A program made the translations under genes and the position numbers. A DNA stretch of 64,000 nucleotides from an uncultured Eubacteriales bacterium (lineage in GTDB: Bacteria > Bacillota > Clostridia > Oscillospirales > Acutalibacteraceae). The stretch is from positions 117,987 through 181,986 of the forward strand of contig CAKSPZ010000003.1 in assembly GCA_934486635.1 (NCBI GenBank), read 5' to 3'. Every line of letters begins with the position of its first letter. The stretch's first letter is position 1. Below are positions 48,085 through 59,094 of this stretch, in pieces. The notes under the pieces were generated by a model. It worked only from the letters and a program-made list of their open reading frames with translations, made no database searches and was not told where the DNA came from.

Positions 48085-51000
48085 TTAACTCACATAACTT
48101 TTTTCTATTTCAGATGCTCTGAGTTCAAGCAACTTTGATACTCCTTCATTTTGCATAGTTACTCCATAAAGAATATCTGCTTCCTCCATTGTTCCTCGTC
48201 TATGGCTAATTACAATAAATTGTGTATTTTTATTCATTTTTCTAAGATATGCTGCAAATCTGTCAACATTAACTTCATCTAAAGCTGCTTCTATTTCATC
48301 TAAAACACAAAATGGCGCTGGACTTACTTTCATTATAGCAAAATAAATAGCTATTGCTATTAAGGCCCTTTCTCCACCAGATAATGCTTCCAAATGTGTA
48401 ACTATTTTTCCAGGAGGTTGTACAAATATTTCTATTCCGGAAGATAAAATATCATTAGTGTCAGTCAAAGCAAGTTCACCTTTTCCTCCTCCAAATAGTT
48501 CCTTAAATATGTTATTAAAGTTTTCATTTATTTTATTAAATCTTTCAATAAATAACGATTTCATTTGAGTTGTAAGTTCATTTATAAGTTTATAAAGTTC
48601 TTTTTTAGATTTTTCAACATCTTCAATTTGAGTTTTCATAAATTCATAACGTTCAGATACTTCTTTATACTCTTCTATTGCCGCTACATTAACAATTCCA
48701 AGATTTTTTATTTTTAATCTTAATTCATTTAATTGCTTATTTATCTGAGGGGTACTTTCAATTACGTCAAATGATTCTAACGCTTCTCTTCGTGTAAGCT
48801 CATAATCATCCCATAATTTTGCTATAATTACATCATATTCTTTTTGTATATTTGACCTTTTATCCTCCAACCTAGCAATTTCTAAAGCTACTTTTTCTTT
48901 TTCATTAAGTTTATCACGTTCTGAACCTCTAAGATTAGTTATACTTTGCTCTAAATTCATTTTTTCAGCTTGTAAATTTAATATAGTTTTATCCAATTCA
49001 TTTGTATGTTCCTTAAGTGAAACTATTTCTTGCTCAATTTGAGATATTTCATTGCTTATTGAACTATTTTTCAAGTTTAAATCTTTTAAAGTATTAAAAA
49101 ACTCTGCGCGTTTATTATCAGCGTTATTTTTTTTCTCTAAAATAGCATTAGCTTCAGACTCAACTTTTTCCATATCCTTTTTTACTGAAAATAAATTTAA
49201 ATGAGATTCGTGGATTTTTGAATTCATAATTTCTCTTTTTTCTGAAAGTTCCGTTATGTCAACGCCAATTTTATTTAATGCTTTTTCAACTTCTTGTATC
49301 TGAACTTCAATTGTATTAAGTTCATTACCTGATGTATCTGCCATCAACGTTATATTTTCTATTTTATTCAAAGTCTCTTTTTTTTCTAAACATAATTTAT
49401 CGTAATTAGATTTTATAGAGTTTATTTCAATGATTTTTTTCTGATATTCTTGATTTTCTTTTTCATAAGAACTCTTAGACTGTTCAGTCTGTTCTTTCAG
49501 TAACTCCACATTTTCCTTTATTTTATTAACTTGTTGTTGAACGTCATTAAAAGAAGATCGAGCCTTTCTTGCTTTATCAGATAAAATCTCAGCATCTTTT
49601 CTTAAATCATCAATTTGTGCAGTTCTGTTTAAAAGACCTGCATTTTTATTTAAAGCACCACCAGTTAAAGACCCTCCTGAATTAATTACTTGTCCATCAA
49701 GTGTAACAATTCTAAATTTATAAGAAAACTTTTTGGCTATTACTATTGCATTGTCAATATTATCAACAATTACAATTCTTCCAAGTAAAAATTTTAAAAT
49801 ATTATTATACTGAGCCTCACAACTGCAAAGAGTACTTGAAATACCTATAAAACCCTTACACTTTATTAAATCAGGTTCTGATATCTCATAACCTTTTACT
49901 GTGGTTATAGGCAAAAATGTGGCACGTCCAATATTTTTTGATTTTAATGCAAGAATTGCTCTTTTTGCATCTTCTTCATTTCCTACCACAATATTTTGCA
50001 TTGCAGAACCTAATGCTGTTTCAACCGCCAAAGAATACTTAGAAGGAACCTTTATTAATCTTGAAACTGGCCCATGAATTCCTGATAATGAACCTTTTTG
50101 TACTTCTTTCATAATAAATTTTACACTGTGAATAAAACCTTCTAAATTTCTTTCCAATTCTTCAAGTAATCTAACTTTTCGAATTTGAGACTCCGCATCC
50201 AGGGTACATTTATCCGCAGTACATTTTAAAATAACACATTTATCATTTTGTTCTTTTAAAGTACTTTCTTCTTTTTTTAATTTTGATATATTGTTCTGAT
50301 ATAAATTTTTAAAATAATTTACATTTTTTTCATATTTATATAACTTTTTTTCTTCTTCTTCAATATTTTTTATATATAAATCTATGTTTTTATCAAGTTC
50401 TTTTTCTTTTAACTTTAAATCAGATATAGTTGATTTAGATGTCATCGTTTTTACTTGCTTTTCTGATGCTAACCTACTCAATTGTGATAATTTAACTGAT
50501 AATTCATCTGATGCATTAGTAGATGCTGTTATACTATTAATTAACTTGGTCAATTCTTGTTTGTTTTTTTCGAGTTCTTTTTCTTTTTCGATATATCTGA
50601 TTTTTAATAATTTTATATCATCATTTTTTATATTTAAATCATTATCTATATTTATAAACGATTGTTCTAAAAAGGATAGTTCATTTTTCAACCTATTCAT
50701 ATTTTCATTGTTGTGTAATATATCATTTTTTAAAACAGAAATTTGTCCTTTTTTTTCAATTACTGTCGCTTCGCAGTTTGTTATTTCTCGTCTTTTTTCG
50801 TCTATATTAACTGTATGACTAAGAATATTTTTTGAAATACTGTCAAGCCTGTTATTAAATTCATCAAGACTTTTTTCTATATTCTCATGCTGGTTTTTTG
50901 ATATTTCTATTTTTTCATCGTATTCTTTTAATATGTCACCTGATTTACATAAGGTAAAAAGCCATGTTCCAATTTCTATTGACTTTTTTTGATTTGATAA

Positions 51001-51651
51001 TTCAAGATAATTTTTAGCTTTAATAGATTGTTCCTTTAGAGGACCAACTCTTTCCTCAAGTTCACTCTCAATATCACGCAATCTTAAAAGATTCTCTTCT
51101 GCTTGTTCTAGCTTTCTTTGAGCTTCAGCCTTTCTATATCTGTATCTGGAAATTCCAGCAGCCTCTTCAAATATTTCTCTTCTGTCTTCACTTCTTGACG
51201 AAACTATACTATCAATTTTTCCTTGACTTATCATTGAATATCCATCTCTACCAAGACCCGTATCCATAAAAAGTTCATGAATATCTTTTAGTCGCACTTC
51301 TTTTTGATTAATTAAATATTCACTTTCGCCTGAACGGTAATATCTCCTTGTAATCGAAATTTCATCTGCATCTGCAAACAATTTTTTATCATCATTAATG
51401 ATAGTAAGAGTAACACTTGCAAACCCTTTAGCTTTGCGTTCTGTTGTTCCGTTAAATATAACATCCTCCATTTTAGAACACCTAAGAGTTTTTATTGACT
51501 GTTCTCCCAAAACCCAGCGTATTGCATCACTTATATTACTTTTTCCACTACCATTAGGGCCTACTACAGTAGTTATTCCCTTATCAAATGTTAACACCGT
51601 TTTTTCCGGAAAAGTTTTAAAACCTTGTAACTCAAGAGACTTTAATAACAC
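48085..51651 (-). CDS. smc: Chromosome partition protein Smc
   Basis: 1188 aa. Walker A GPNGSGKSN, long coiled coils, hinge (GIHGPVSRLI...), signature LSGGE and Walker B FCVLDEIEAALD. Confidence 0.97.
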   Translation of the reverse strand: MLLKSLELQGFKTFPEKTVLTFDKGITTVVGPNGSGKSNISDAIRWVLGEQSIKTLRCSKMEDVIFNGTTERKAKGFASVTLTIINDDKKLFADADEISITRRYYRSGESEYLINQKEVRLKDIHELFMDTGLGRDGYSMISQGKIDSIVSSRSEDRREIFEEAAGISRYRYRKAEAQRKLEQAEENLLRLRDIESELEERVGPLKEQSIKAKNYLELSNQKKSIEIGTWLFTLCKSGDILKEYDEKIEISKNQHENIEKSLDEFNNRLDSISKNILSHTVNIDEKRREITNCEATVIEKKGQISVLKNDILHNNENMNRLKNELSFLEQSFINIDNDLNIKNDDIKLLKIRYIEKEKELEKNKQELTKLINSITASTNASDELSVKLSQLSRLASEKQVKTMTSKSTISDLKLKEKELDKNIDLYIKNIEEEEKKLYKYEKNVNYFKNLYQNNISKLKKEESTLKEQNDKCVILKCTADKCTLDAESQIRKVRLLEELERNLEGFIHSVKFIMKEVQKGSLSGIHGPVSRLIKVPSKYSLAVETALGSAMQNIVVGNEEDAKRAILALKSKNIGRATFLPITTVKGYEISEPDLIKCKGFIGISSTLCSCEAQYNNILKFLLGRIVIVDNIDNAIVIAKKFSYKFRIVTLDGQVINSGGSLTGGALNKNAGLLNRTAQIDDLRKDAEILSDKARKARSSFNDVQQQVNKIKENVELLKEQTEQSKSSYEKENQEYQKKIIEINSIKSNYDKLCLEKKETLNKIENITLMADTSGNELNTIEVQIQEVEKALNKIGVDITELSEKREIMNSKIHESHLNLFSVKKDMEKVESEANAILEKKNNADNKRAEFFNTLKDLNLKNSSISNEISQIEQEIVSLKEHTNELDKTILNLQAEKMNLEQSITNLRGSERDKLNEKEKVALEIARLEDKRSNIQKEYDVIIAKLWDDYELTRREALESFDVIESTPQINKQLNELRLKIKNLGIVNVAAIEEYKEVSERYEFMKTQIEDVEKSKKELYKLINELTTQMKSLFIERFNKINENFNNIFKELFGGGKGELALTDTNDILSSGIEIFVQPPGKIVTHLEALSGGERALIAIAIYFAIMKVSPAPFCVLDEIEAALDEVNVDRFAAYLRKMNKNTQFIVISHRRGTMEEADILYGVTMQNEGVSKLLELRASEIEKSYVS

Positions 51652-51668
51652 ATTCTCACCTGCAACTT

Positions 51669-52652
51669 TTAAATTAATATATCTTTTATAGAACTATCTT
51701 GTTCAATTTTTAATATGTATCCAAAATTTAAAAATGTATTTAAATTTGTTTTATTTTGACCAATTAATTTAGAAACATATTTAGGATTAACTTTTATTTT
51801 TAATATTCCTGGTTTTATATTATTTTCTTTAATTAATTTTTGCACCTTATAATACAAAATTTTACTTTCACAAATTTCTCGAAATGCCGGATGAAAAATA
51901 CCACCAATCATATTTTGAGAAAGGCTTTCACTTGCATGAAGACCCAATCTTATTACTGGAATCCCTTCATTTTCAAAAAGTACTAACAATTTACAGCATA
52001 ATAAAACTGTATCATCAAAAGATAAAGTCTTGTATTTTCCAATAGTATACAATTCTTCAAGTTGAGTTCCTTTTAAAATTACAGTAGGATATATTCTAAC
52101 TGTATCCGGTTTTATTTTTGCTATGTCTACACCTGTTTGGTAATCAATATCAAAATTGCTTTTATATAAACCCGTCATCATTTGTAAACCCAATGAAAAA
52201 TCATTATTTTTTATTAAATTAGATGCATTTATAATATCGGCTCTTGTATGACCTCTTTTATTGCTTAACAATACTTCGTCATTCATACTTTGTGCACCTA
52301 ATTCTATTGCTGTAACATTATAATTTTTCAAAATGCTTAAAATCTCATTATCTATAGCGTCAGGACGAGTAGATATCCTAATTCCACTAAAATACCCTTT
52401 TTTTACATAGCTTGATGCTACCTCTAAAAGACTAATCATATAATCTTGATTTATTGCAGTAAAGCTTCCTCCAAAAAAAGCAATTTCAGTCTCTACATTT
52501 TTGCTATTTTTTACTGCATTACTTAGTATATCATTAACCTCATTAGGTGTAGGTTGATGACTTACACCTGTAATATTCTTTTGATTGCAAAAACTGCATT
52601 GATTTGGGCAACCATTATGAGGAACGAAAATAGCTATGTTTGCATGCCTCAA
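51669..52652 (-). CDS. Radical SAM protein (ELP3-like core without an acetyltransferase domain)
   Basis: CPNQCSFC (CxxxCxxC) near the N-terminus. Sits between rnc and smc, as is common in Clostridia. TTG start overlaps the rnc stop (TTGA). Confidence 0.8.
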   Translation of the reverse strand: MRHANIAIFVPHNGCPNQCSFCNQKNITGVSHQPTPNEVNDILSNAVKNSKNVETEIAFFGGSFTAINQDYMISLLEVASSYVKKGYFSGIRISTRPDAIDNEILSILKNYNVTAIELGAQSMNDEVLLSNKRGHTRADIINASNLIKNNDFSLGLQMMTGLYKSNFDIDYQTGVDIAKIKPDTVRIYPTVILKGTQLEELYTIGKYKTLSFDDTVLLCCKLLVLFENEGIPVIRLGLHASESLSQNMIGGIFHPAFREICESKILYYKVQKLIKENNIKPGILKIKVNPKYVSKLIGQNKTNLNTFLNFGYILKIEQDSSIKDILI

Positions 52653-53338
52653 TATCCCATCAGCTCCAATGCTTCTTTAGCCGCATGTTGCTCTGCTTCT
52701 TTCTTACTTTTACCTTTGCCTTTACCTATGACATTATTGTTAAGACAAACTTCAACCCAAAATCGTTTGTCATGGTCAGGTCCAACCTGATTTGTTAATA
52801 CGTACTTTATTGTTTCTTCTTTGTTTTGTTGAATAATTTCTTGCAATTGTGTTTTATAATCTTTAAATGTCTTTTGTTTAGGATTTTTTATTTCAGGTAA
52901 AACAAATCTTAATATAAACTCACGTGCTTTATCGATACCACCATCTAAATAAATTGCGGCTATAATTGCTTCAAATGCATCTGCCAATATAGATGGCCTT
53001 TTGTCCCCATCACTATTTTCTTCACCGTGACTTAATTTTAAAAAGTCACCGACATTTAGCATCTTTGAAAATTTGCATAAGCTTTTTTCACAAACTAATG
53101 ATGCTCTAAGTTTTGTTAAATCCCCTTCTGGAAAATCTGGACAATGAGAAAATATATAATCGGAAACAACTATACTTAAAACAGCATCTCCTAAGAACTC
53201 TAAACGCTCATTGCTTGAAATTTTTACTTTTGATTCATTTGCATATGAGGAATGTGTAAGTGCTGTTTTTAAATAATTAATATCTTTAAATGAATATTTA
53301 AGTCCTTTTTCCAATATTTTTATATCCGATTCTTTCAT
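52649..53338 (-). CDS. rnc: Ribonuclease III
   Basis: NERLEFLGDAVL signature and a C-terminal dsRBD (GKGKSKKEAEQHAAKEAL). ATG 53338 lies 8 nt after GGAGGAG. The track TTG at 53353 falls inside the RBS. Confidence 0.95.
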   Translation of the reverse strand: MKESDIKILEKGLKYSFKDINYLKTALTHSSYANESKVKISSNERLEFLGDAVLSIVVSDYIFSHCPDFPEGDLTKLRASLVCEKSLCKFSKMLNVGDFLKLSHGEENSDGDKRPSILADAFEAIIAAIYLDGGIDKAREFILRFVLPEIKNPKQKTFKDYKTQLQEIIQQNKEETIKYVLTNQVGPDHDKRFWVEVCLNNNVIGKGKGKSKKEAEQHAAKEALELMGY

Positions 53339-53356
53339 AATTTTCTCCTCCAAACA

Positions 53357-54388
53357 TTAATTTTCTTCTAAATTACTATCAACATTTTCTTGACCTATTG
53401 ATTCTAATTCTATTGCATCTTTTATTTCTTGTGTTACATTTCCATTTACATAGTCAATCGTTAGCCTTATAGCATTTTTAAAAGTCTTTGCATTTGAACT
53501 GCCGTGTGCTTTAAATACTGGTTTTGATATTCCCATTATAGGTGCTCCACCAAATTCATTATAATCCACTTGTTTTTTTAGCATTCTCATTTCTGGCATT
53601 ATCATAGCTCCGGCTATCTTTGTTTTTATATTAGCAGTAAATACATTTTTTATCTTACTCATTAATGTAAGCGCTACACCTTCAAATAATTTTAGCATCA
53701 CATTACCTGTAAAACCATCAGTAACCACTACATCCGCTGCATCAACAGGTACTTCCCTTGCCTCCACATTTCCAATAAAATTTAATTTGCTTTCTTTTAA
53801 TCTTTTAAATGCCTCTTGTTGAAAATCTCCACCCTTGTGTTCTTCTACTCCTACATTCACAAGGCCTACTCTTGGATTTTTTATTCCCATAACTTTATTC
53901 ATATAAATAGACCCCATGATTCCAAATTGTTTTAACATTTCAGGACGGCACTCCACATTAGCTCCACAATCAATTAGCATAAAGCAACCTTTTTCTTTTG
54001 GAATAACCGGTGCAAATGCACAACGTTTTATTCCTTTAATTCTCTTCACTATAAATGTAGCACCCATTACAAGAGCTCCACTATTACCTGCTGATACAAA
54101 TGCATCTCCTTCACCTTTTGCAAGTAACCTTAAACCTTCTGCCATAGTGGACTTATTTTTAGACTTCATTATCTCGGAAGGGTCATCTTCATTAGTTATT
54201 ATATCCTCTGTATCATGTATGTCCATATGGTATAAAATAATTCCATTTTCATTTGCTACTTTTTCAAGTTTAGTTTTTGAACCAACTAATAAAATATTAA
54301 TTCCATACTCAGCTACAGCTTCTGCACAACCTTTTAATATTTCTAAAGGAGCATTATCTCCACCAAAAGCATCAACTATTATTTTCAT
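53357..54388 (-). CDS. plsX: Phosphate acyltransferase PlsX
   Basis: MKIIVDAFGGDNAP N-terminus and GFTGNVMLK motif. Confidence 0.95.
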   Translation of the reverse strand: MKIIVDAFGGDNAPLEILKGCAEAVAEYGINILLVGSKTKLEKVANENGIILYHMDIHDTEDIITNEDDPSEIMKSKNKSTMAEGLRLLAKGEGDAFVSAGNSGALVMGATFIVKRIKGIKRCAFAPVIPKEKGCFMLIDCGANVECRPEMLKQFGIMGSIYMNKVMGIKNPRVGLVNVGVEEHKGGDFQQEAFKRLKESKLNFIGNVEAREVPVDAADVVVTDGFTGNVMLKLFEGVALTLMSKIKNVFTANIKTKIAGAMIMPEMRMLKKQVDYNEFGGAPIMGISKPVFKAHGSSNAKTFKNAIRLTIDYVNGNVTQEIKDAIELESIGQENVDSNLEEN

Positions 54389-55691
54389 AATTACACACAC
54401 TCTCTTTCAAAATTTTAATAGATCTATTAGCAAGAGCCTCATATCTACTTTTTTTGTCTTTAATCTTTGGCGTTATTGCCGGTAAGATTCCAAAATTGGC
54501 TCCCATTGGTTGAAATTCATTTTGACTTCCTGAACTAATATAATTGCACAATGAACCTATCATTGTTTCAACTGGTAAAATTAATTTATTTTTATTATCA
54601 TAATTTTTAGCTGCATTAATTCCTGCTATTAACCCAGAAGCTGCCGACTCCATATATCCCTCTACTCCAGTTATTTGACCTGCAAAAAATATGTTGTCAT
54701 TGCTTCTCATACTAAAATCAGGATTTAAAAGGTTCGGAGAATTAATAAATGTATTTCTGTGCATTACCCCGTATCTTACAAAATCTGCATTTTTTAATGC
54801 CGGTATCATAGAAAATACTCTTTTTTGCTCTCCAAACTTAAGATTTGTTTGAAACCCTACCATATTGTATAGTGTTCCTTCTTGGTTTTCCATACGAAGT
54901 TGTAAAACCGCCCATGGTCTATGTCCTGTTTTAGGGTCTCTTAGTCCTACAGGTTTCATAGGTCCAAATCTTAAAGTATTTTCTCCTCTTTGAGCCATTA
55001 CTTCAACTGGCATACATCCTTCATATACCTTTGGATTTTGCACATCAAAATCATGTATTGGCGCTCTTTGTGCTAAAATCAGCTCATTATAAAAATTCTC
55101 ATATTCTTCTTTACTTAAAGGACAATTTATATATGCATTATCCCCACCTTTATCATATCTTGATGCCAAGAATGCTTTATTTAAATCTATACTTTCAGCT
55201 GTTACTATCGGTGCTGCTGCATCAAAAAAACTAAGACATCCTCCACAAATATTAGAAATTGATTTTGACAATAAATCACTTGTTAAAGGACCTGTTGCAA
55301 TAATAGTAATATTATCCTTTGGAATATCTATTACCTCTTTTTCGATAACATTTATAAGTGAATTCTCTTTAATTCTTTTTGTAACCATTTCTGAAAAGTT
55401 ATCTCTATCTACAGCTAAAGCTCCACCTGCAGGAACTTTGCACTTATCAGCACACTCCATTAAAAGTGATTCTAACATTCTCATTTCTTCTTTGAGCAAT
55501 CCAGCAGCACTTTCAATACGCTCTGCCTTTAATGAATTCGAACAAACAAGTTCAGCAAAATTTTTATTTTTATGTGCCGGAGTAAACTTATAAGGTTTCA
55601 TCTCAAAAAGATTAACCTTTATTCCTCTTTTGGATATTTGCCAGGCAGCCTCACAGCCTGCTAGCCCAGCACCTATTACATTTATACTCAT
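54372..55691 (-). CDS. trmFO: Methylenetetrahydrofolate--tRNA-(uracil-5-)-methyltransferase TrmFO
   Basis: VIGAGLAGCEAAWQ FAD-binding N-terminus. About 439 aa. Conserved topA-trmFO synteny. Confidence 0.94.
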   Translation of the reverse strand: MSINVIGAGLAGCEAAWQISKRGIKVNLFEMKPYKFTPAHKNKNFAELVCSNSLKAERIESAAGLLKEEMRMLESLLMECADKCKVPAGGALAVDRDNFSEMVTKRIKENSLINVIEKEVIDIPKDNITIIATGPLTSDLLSKSISNICGGCLSFFDAAAPIVTAESIDLNKAFLASRYDKGGDNAYINCPLSKEEYENFYNELILAQRAPIHDFDVQNPKVYEGCMPVEVMAQRGENTLRFGPMKPVGLRDPKTGHRPWAVLQLRMENQEGTLYNMVGFQTNLKFGEQKRVFSMIPALKNADFVRYGVMHRNTFINSPNLLNPDFSMRSNDNIFFAGQITGVEGYMESAASGLIAGINAAKNYDNKNKLILPVETMIGSLCNYISSGSQNEFQPMGANFGILPAITPKIKDKKSRYEALANRSIKILKESVCNYENNS

Positions 55692-57925
55692 TTTTCCTCT
55701 GTTTTCTCATAACCACACCCTTCGGTTATGCAATAAATTTTTTTCTTTTTACCTTTTTTCTCAAAAAGATTTTTGCCACAATTAGGGCATTTGTCCTTAA
55801 TTGGCTTATCATTTGAAATAAAATCACATTTGGGATAATTACTACATCCATAAAAAGTACGGCCTTTTTTAGTCTTTCTTTCTACTATATCTCCTCCACA
55901 TTTAGGACATGGTATTTCCAAGTTTACATCTATACTTTTAATATTTTTACATTCCGGATATCCAGGACACGCTAAAAATTTACCATATCGACCATTTTTA
56001 ATAATCATCTTCCTACCACACTTTTCACAAGTGACGTCAGATTCTTTAGGTTCATCCTGTGGTTCAGGTTCTCCATTTTTATTTACATTTTTGATAATAT
56101 TTTTACATTCTGGATATCCCGAGCATGCTATGAACTTACCATATCGACTAAATTTAACTACCATTGGTCTTCCACATTTGTCACAAACCAAATCTGTTTG
56201 GTCTTCTTTTAATTGAATTTTTATATTTTTCATTTCTTCTTTTGCTTTTTTTAGCGTATCATTAAAGTCTCCATAAAAGTCAGATAAAACCTTGGTCCAC
56301 TCTTCTTTTCCTTCTTCTACAGTATCTAAATTATTTTCCATCTGAGCTGTAAATTTAATATTAACTATATCAGGGAAACGTTCTTTCATAAGTTTTGTAA
56401 CAACTTCACCTAATTCTGTTGGTTTTAAAGTCTTACCTTCTCTAGTTACATATTCTCTACTTGTTATAGTCGATATTGTAGCTGCATAAGTAGATGGTCG
56501 TCCAATTCCGTTTTCTTCTAAAAATTTTATTAATGAAGCTTCAGTATAACGCGGTGGCGGTTGGGTAAAGTGTTGATTGTCTATTAAATCTTTAAGGTTT
56601 AATATAGTGCCTTTCTCAAGCTCAGGAAGCTCTTTTGCTTTTTCTTCCTCTTCATCCTTACCTTCTTGATATAATGTTGTAAATCCACTAAATAAAACTG
56701 TAAATCCTGAAGCTTTAAAAATATAATCATTAGCAATTACATCTACCCTTGTTGTATTTAAAACACAATCGGACATTTGACTTGCTATAAAACGTTCCCA
56801 AATAAGTTTATAAAGTCTATATTGATCTTTTGTTAAAGATTCTTGAACCATAGACGGAGATAAATTAGGCATAGATGGACGTATTGCTTCATGCCCATCT
56901 TGTGCATTTGCTTTTGTTTTGTAGACTCTTTTTTTATCTGGTAAATATTTTTCTCCCCATGTTGTTTTTATATATTCTGTTGCTGAACTTATAGCATCAT
57001 CAGACACACGTAATGAATCTGTTCTCATATATGTGATAAGTCCAACTGCTCCCATACCTTTTACTTCTACACCCTCATAAAGCTCCTGCGCTATTTTCAT
57101 AGTTTTTTTTGCCTGAAATCCCAATTTTCTTGAGGCATCTTGCTGTAATGTTGATGTAATAAATGGTGGTGCAGGTTTTCTTCTTTTCTTACCTTTTTTT
57201 ATGCTATCCACGACGTACTGTGCATTATCTAAATCTTTTAATATTTTCTTTGCTTGTTCTTCATTTTTTATCTCAAGTTTTCCATTTTTATCAGCCACTA
57301 ATGTAGCGGAAAAAACTTTCCGCGAGCTTTTTTCACTAAATTTAGCATCAATAGTCCAATATTCTTGAGGAATAAATGCATTTATTTCATTTTCTCTATC
57401 CACAATTACCCTAAGTGCTACGCTTTGTACTCGTCCTGCTGAAAGTCCTTTACGAATTTTACCTGACAAAAAAGGGCTTAATTTATATCCTACTATTCTG
57501 TCAAGAATTCTTCTTGCTTGTTGCGCATCAACAAGATCTATATCAATGGTACGTGGATTTTCCATGCCCTTTTTTACTCCAGTTTTTGTTATTTCATTAA
57601 AAGTTACTCTATTTTTCTCATCTGGATTAAGGCCTAAAATATACGCAAGGTGCCACGAAATAGCTTCTCCCTCTCTATCAGGGTCAGTTGCTAAAAAAAC
57701 TTTTTTATTTTTCTTAGCCAAACTTAAAAGCTCATTAACTAATTTTTCTTTTCCTTTTATTATTTCATAATTTGGTTTAAAATTATGTCTTATATCTACA
57801 TTAAGTTTGCTTGCAGGAAGATCTCTAACATGTCCCATTGAAGCCACTACTTCATAGTCTGAACCAAGATATTTTTTTATTGTTTTAGCTTTTGCCGGAG
57901 ACTCAACTATCAATAAGTTTGACAT
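55688..57925 (-). CDS. topA: DNA topoisomerase I
   Basis: TOPRIM N-terminus LLIVESPAKAKTIKKYLG, active-site Tyr region ITYMRTDS and four C-terminal CxxC...CxxC zinc ribbons. Confidence 0.97.
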   Translation of the reverse strand: MSNLLIVESPAKAKTIKKYLGSDYEVVASMGHVRDLPASKLNVDIRHNFKPNYEIIKGKEKLVNELLSLAKKNKKVFLATDPDREGEAISWHLAYILGLNPDEKNRVTFNEITKTGVKKGMENPRTIDIDLVDAQQARRILDRIVGYKLSPFLSGKIRKGLSAGRVQSVALRVIVDRENEINAFIPQEYWTIDAKFSEKSSRKVFSATLVADKNGKLEIKNEEQAKKILKDLDNAQYVVDSIKKGKKRRKPAPPFITSTLQQDASRKLGFQAKKTMKIAQELYEGVEVKGMGAVGLITYMRTDSLRVSDDAISSATEYIKTTWGEKYLPDKKRVYKTKANAQDGHEAIRPSMPNLSPSMVQESLTKDQYRLYKLIWERFIASQMSDCVLNTTRVDVIANDYIFKASGFTVLFSGFTTLYQEGKDEEEEKAKELPELEKGTILNLKDLIDNQHFTQPPPRYTEASLIKFLEENGIGRPSTYAATISTITSREYVTREGKTLKPTELGEVVTKLMKERFPDIVNIKFTAQMENNLDTVEEGKEEWTKVLSDFYGDFNDTLKKAKEEMKNIKIQLKEDQTDLVCDKCGRPMVVKFSRYGKFIACSGYPECKNIIKNVNKNGEPEPQDEPKESDVTCEKCGRKMIIKNGRYGKFLACPGYPECKNIKSIDVNLEIPCPKCGGDIVERKTKKGRTFYGCSNYPKCDFISNDKPIKDKCPNCGKNLFEKKGKKKKIYCITEGCGYEKTEEK

Positions 57926-57954
57926 AAAACTTTCACCTCAATTGTATTAATATT

Positions 57955-59094
57955 TTAAGGTTTACTATACCGTTTTCCTGCATGGACTTTCACAAAACCA
58001 TACAGTTCAAGCTCTGTTATTGCTTGCAGTACTTCAGATGTATTCATATTACTCAAACATGAAAGTTCATCTATGTAAATTGGATTATCTGTTAAGTTAT
58101 AAAAAACTAATTTTGCTTTATTTGATAATTTTTCCGGTAAATCCTCTTTCACTTTACTATCTTTTTTTATTACACTTTTATTATCTTTATTCTTATTTAA
58201 AAATTTTTCTAATGATGGATAACGATTATAATACTCTTCTACAATGTCCTCTACGCATGCTACGGGTTTAGCACAAATTTTTATTAACTTATTTGTACCA
58301 TAAGATACACACCTATCAATGTCTCCAGGTACTGCAAAAACGTCTCGGTTTTGTTCCAAAGCTAAATTCGCTGTTATTAATGAACCACTTATCTCTCCAG
58401 CTTCTACTACCAAAGTACCATCTGACAACCCTGATATTATCCTATTCCTCATTGGAAATGTCCACGGAGCACTATTATGATCCGGTGTATATTCTGAAAT
58501 CAGAGCCCCTTGCTTAGATATATTATCCCTTAAATTTTTATTTTGCATCAAATATTTATGATTAATACCACATCCTAGCACTGCAATAGTTTTTCCATTA
58601 GCCTGTAATGCACCTTTTTGAGATAATCCATCAATTCCAAGTGCTGCACCACTGACAATAATTACACCTAGCTTAGCTAATTTATATCCCATCTCAAATG
58701 ATATTTTGTTTCCATATGAAGTGGAATTCCTTGTTCCTACTATCGCAATACTTAAGTTGTTATCTACTTCGGGTAATTTGCCTTTTAAATACAATATGCC
58801 TGGTGGATTAACTATATTTTTTAATTTTTGAGGATATTTAGGATTTTCAATTGTCAATAATTCATATCCTAGCTCTTTGCACCTTTCAATTATTTTATAC
58901 GCATTATTTATATTTTTACTTTTTAAAGACTCTATGTTTTTACAATTTAAAAAACTGCAGTATTTCCAAGAATTTTTCCTATCCTCATAAAAATTTTTAG
59001 CGTTTTTATAATAATCTAAAATTTCTTTTACTTTATGATTTCCGTATCCAAGTGCTTCCACAATATAAATCCAGTAGGCTTCATTATAATCCAT
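57955..59094 (-). CDS. dprA: DNA-processing protein DprA
   Basis: Rossmann-like DprA core (VSGAALGIDGLSQKGAL, VVEAGEISGSLITA) and a C-terminal winged-helix-like domain. Confidence 0.9.
   Translation of the reverse strand: MDYNEAYWIYIVEALGYGNHKVKEILDYYKNAKNFYEDRKNSWKYCSFLNCKNIESLKSKNINNAYKIIERCKELGYELLTIENPKYPQKLKNIVNPPGILYLKGKLPEVDNNLSIAIVGTRNSTSYGNKISFEMGYKLAKLGVIIVSGAALGIDGLSQKGALQANGKTIAVLGCGINHKYLMQNKNLRDNISKQGALISEYTPDHNSAPWTFPMRNRIISGLSDGTLVVEAGEISGSLITANLALEQNRDVFAVPGDIDRCVSYGTNKLIKICAKPVACVEDIVEEYYNRYPSLEKFLNKNKDNKSVIKKDSKVKEDLPEKLSNKAKLVFYNLTDNPIYIDELSCLSNMNTSEVLQAITELELYGFVKVHAGKRYSKP

Noticed and set aside
53916-54485. 189-aa plus-strand ORF antisense to plsX/trmFO
   Set aside because: It overlaps two confidently identified minus-strand genes. 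It has no RBS and no recognisable motifs.
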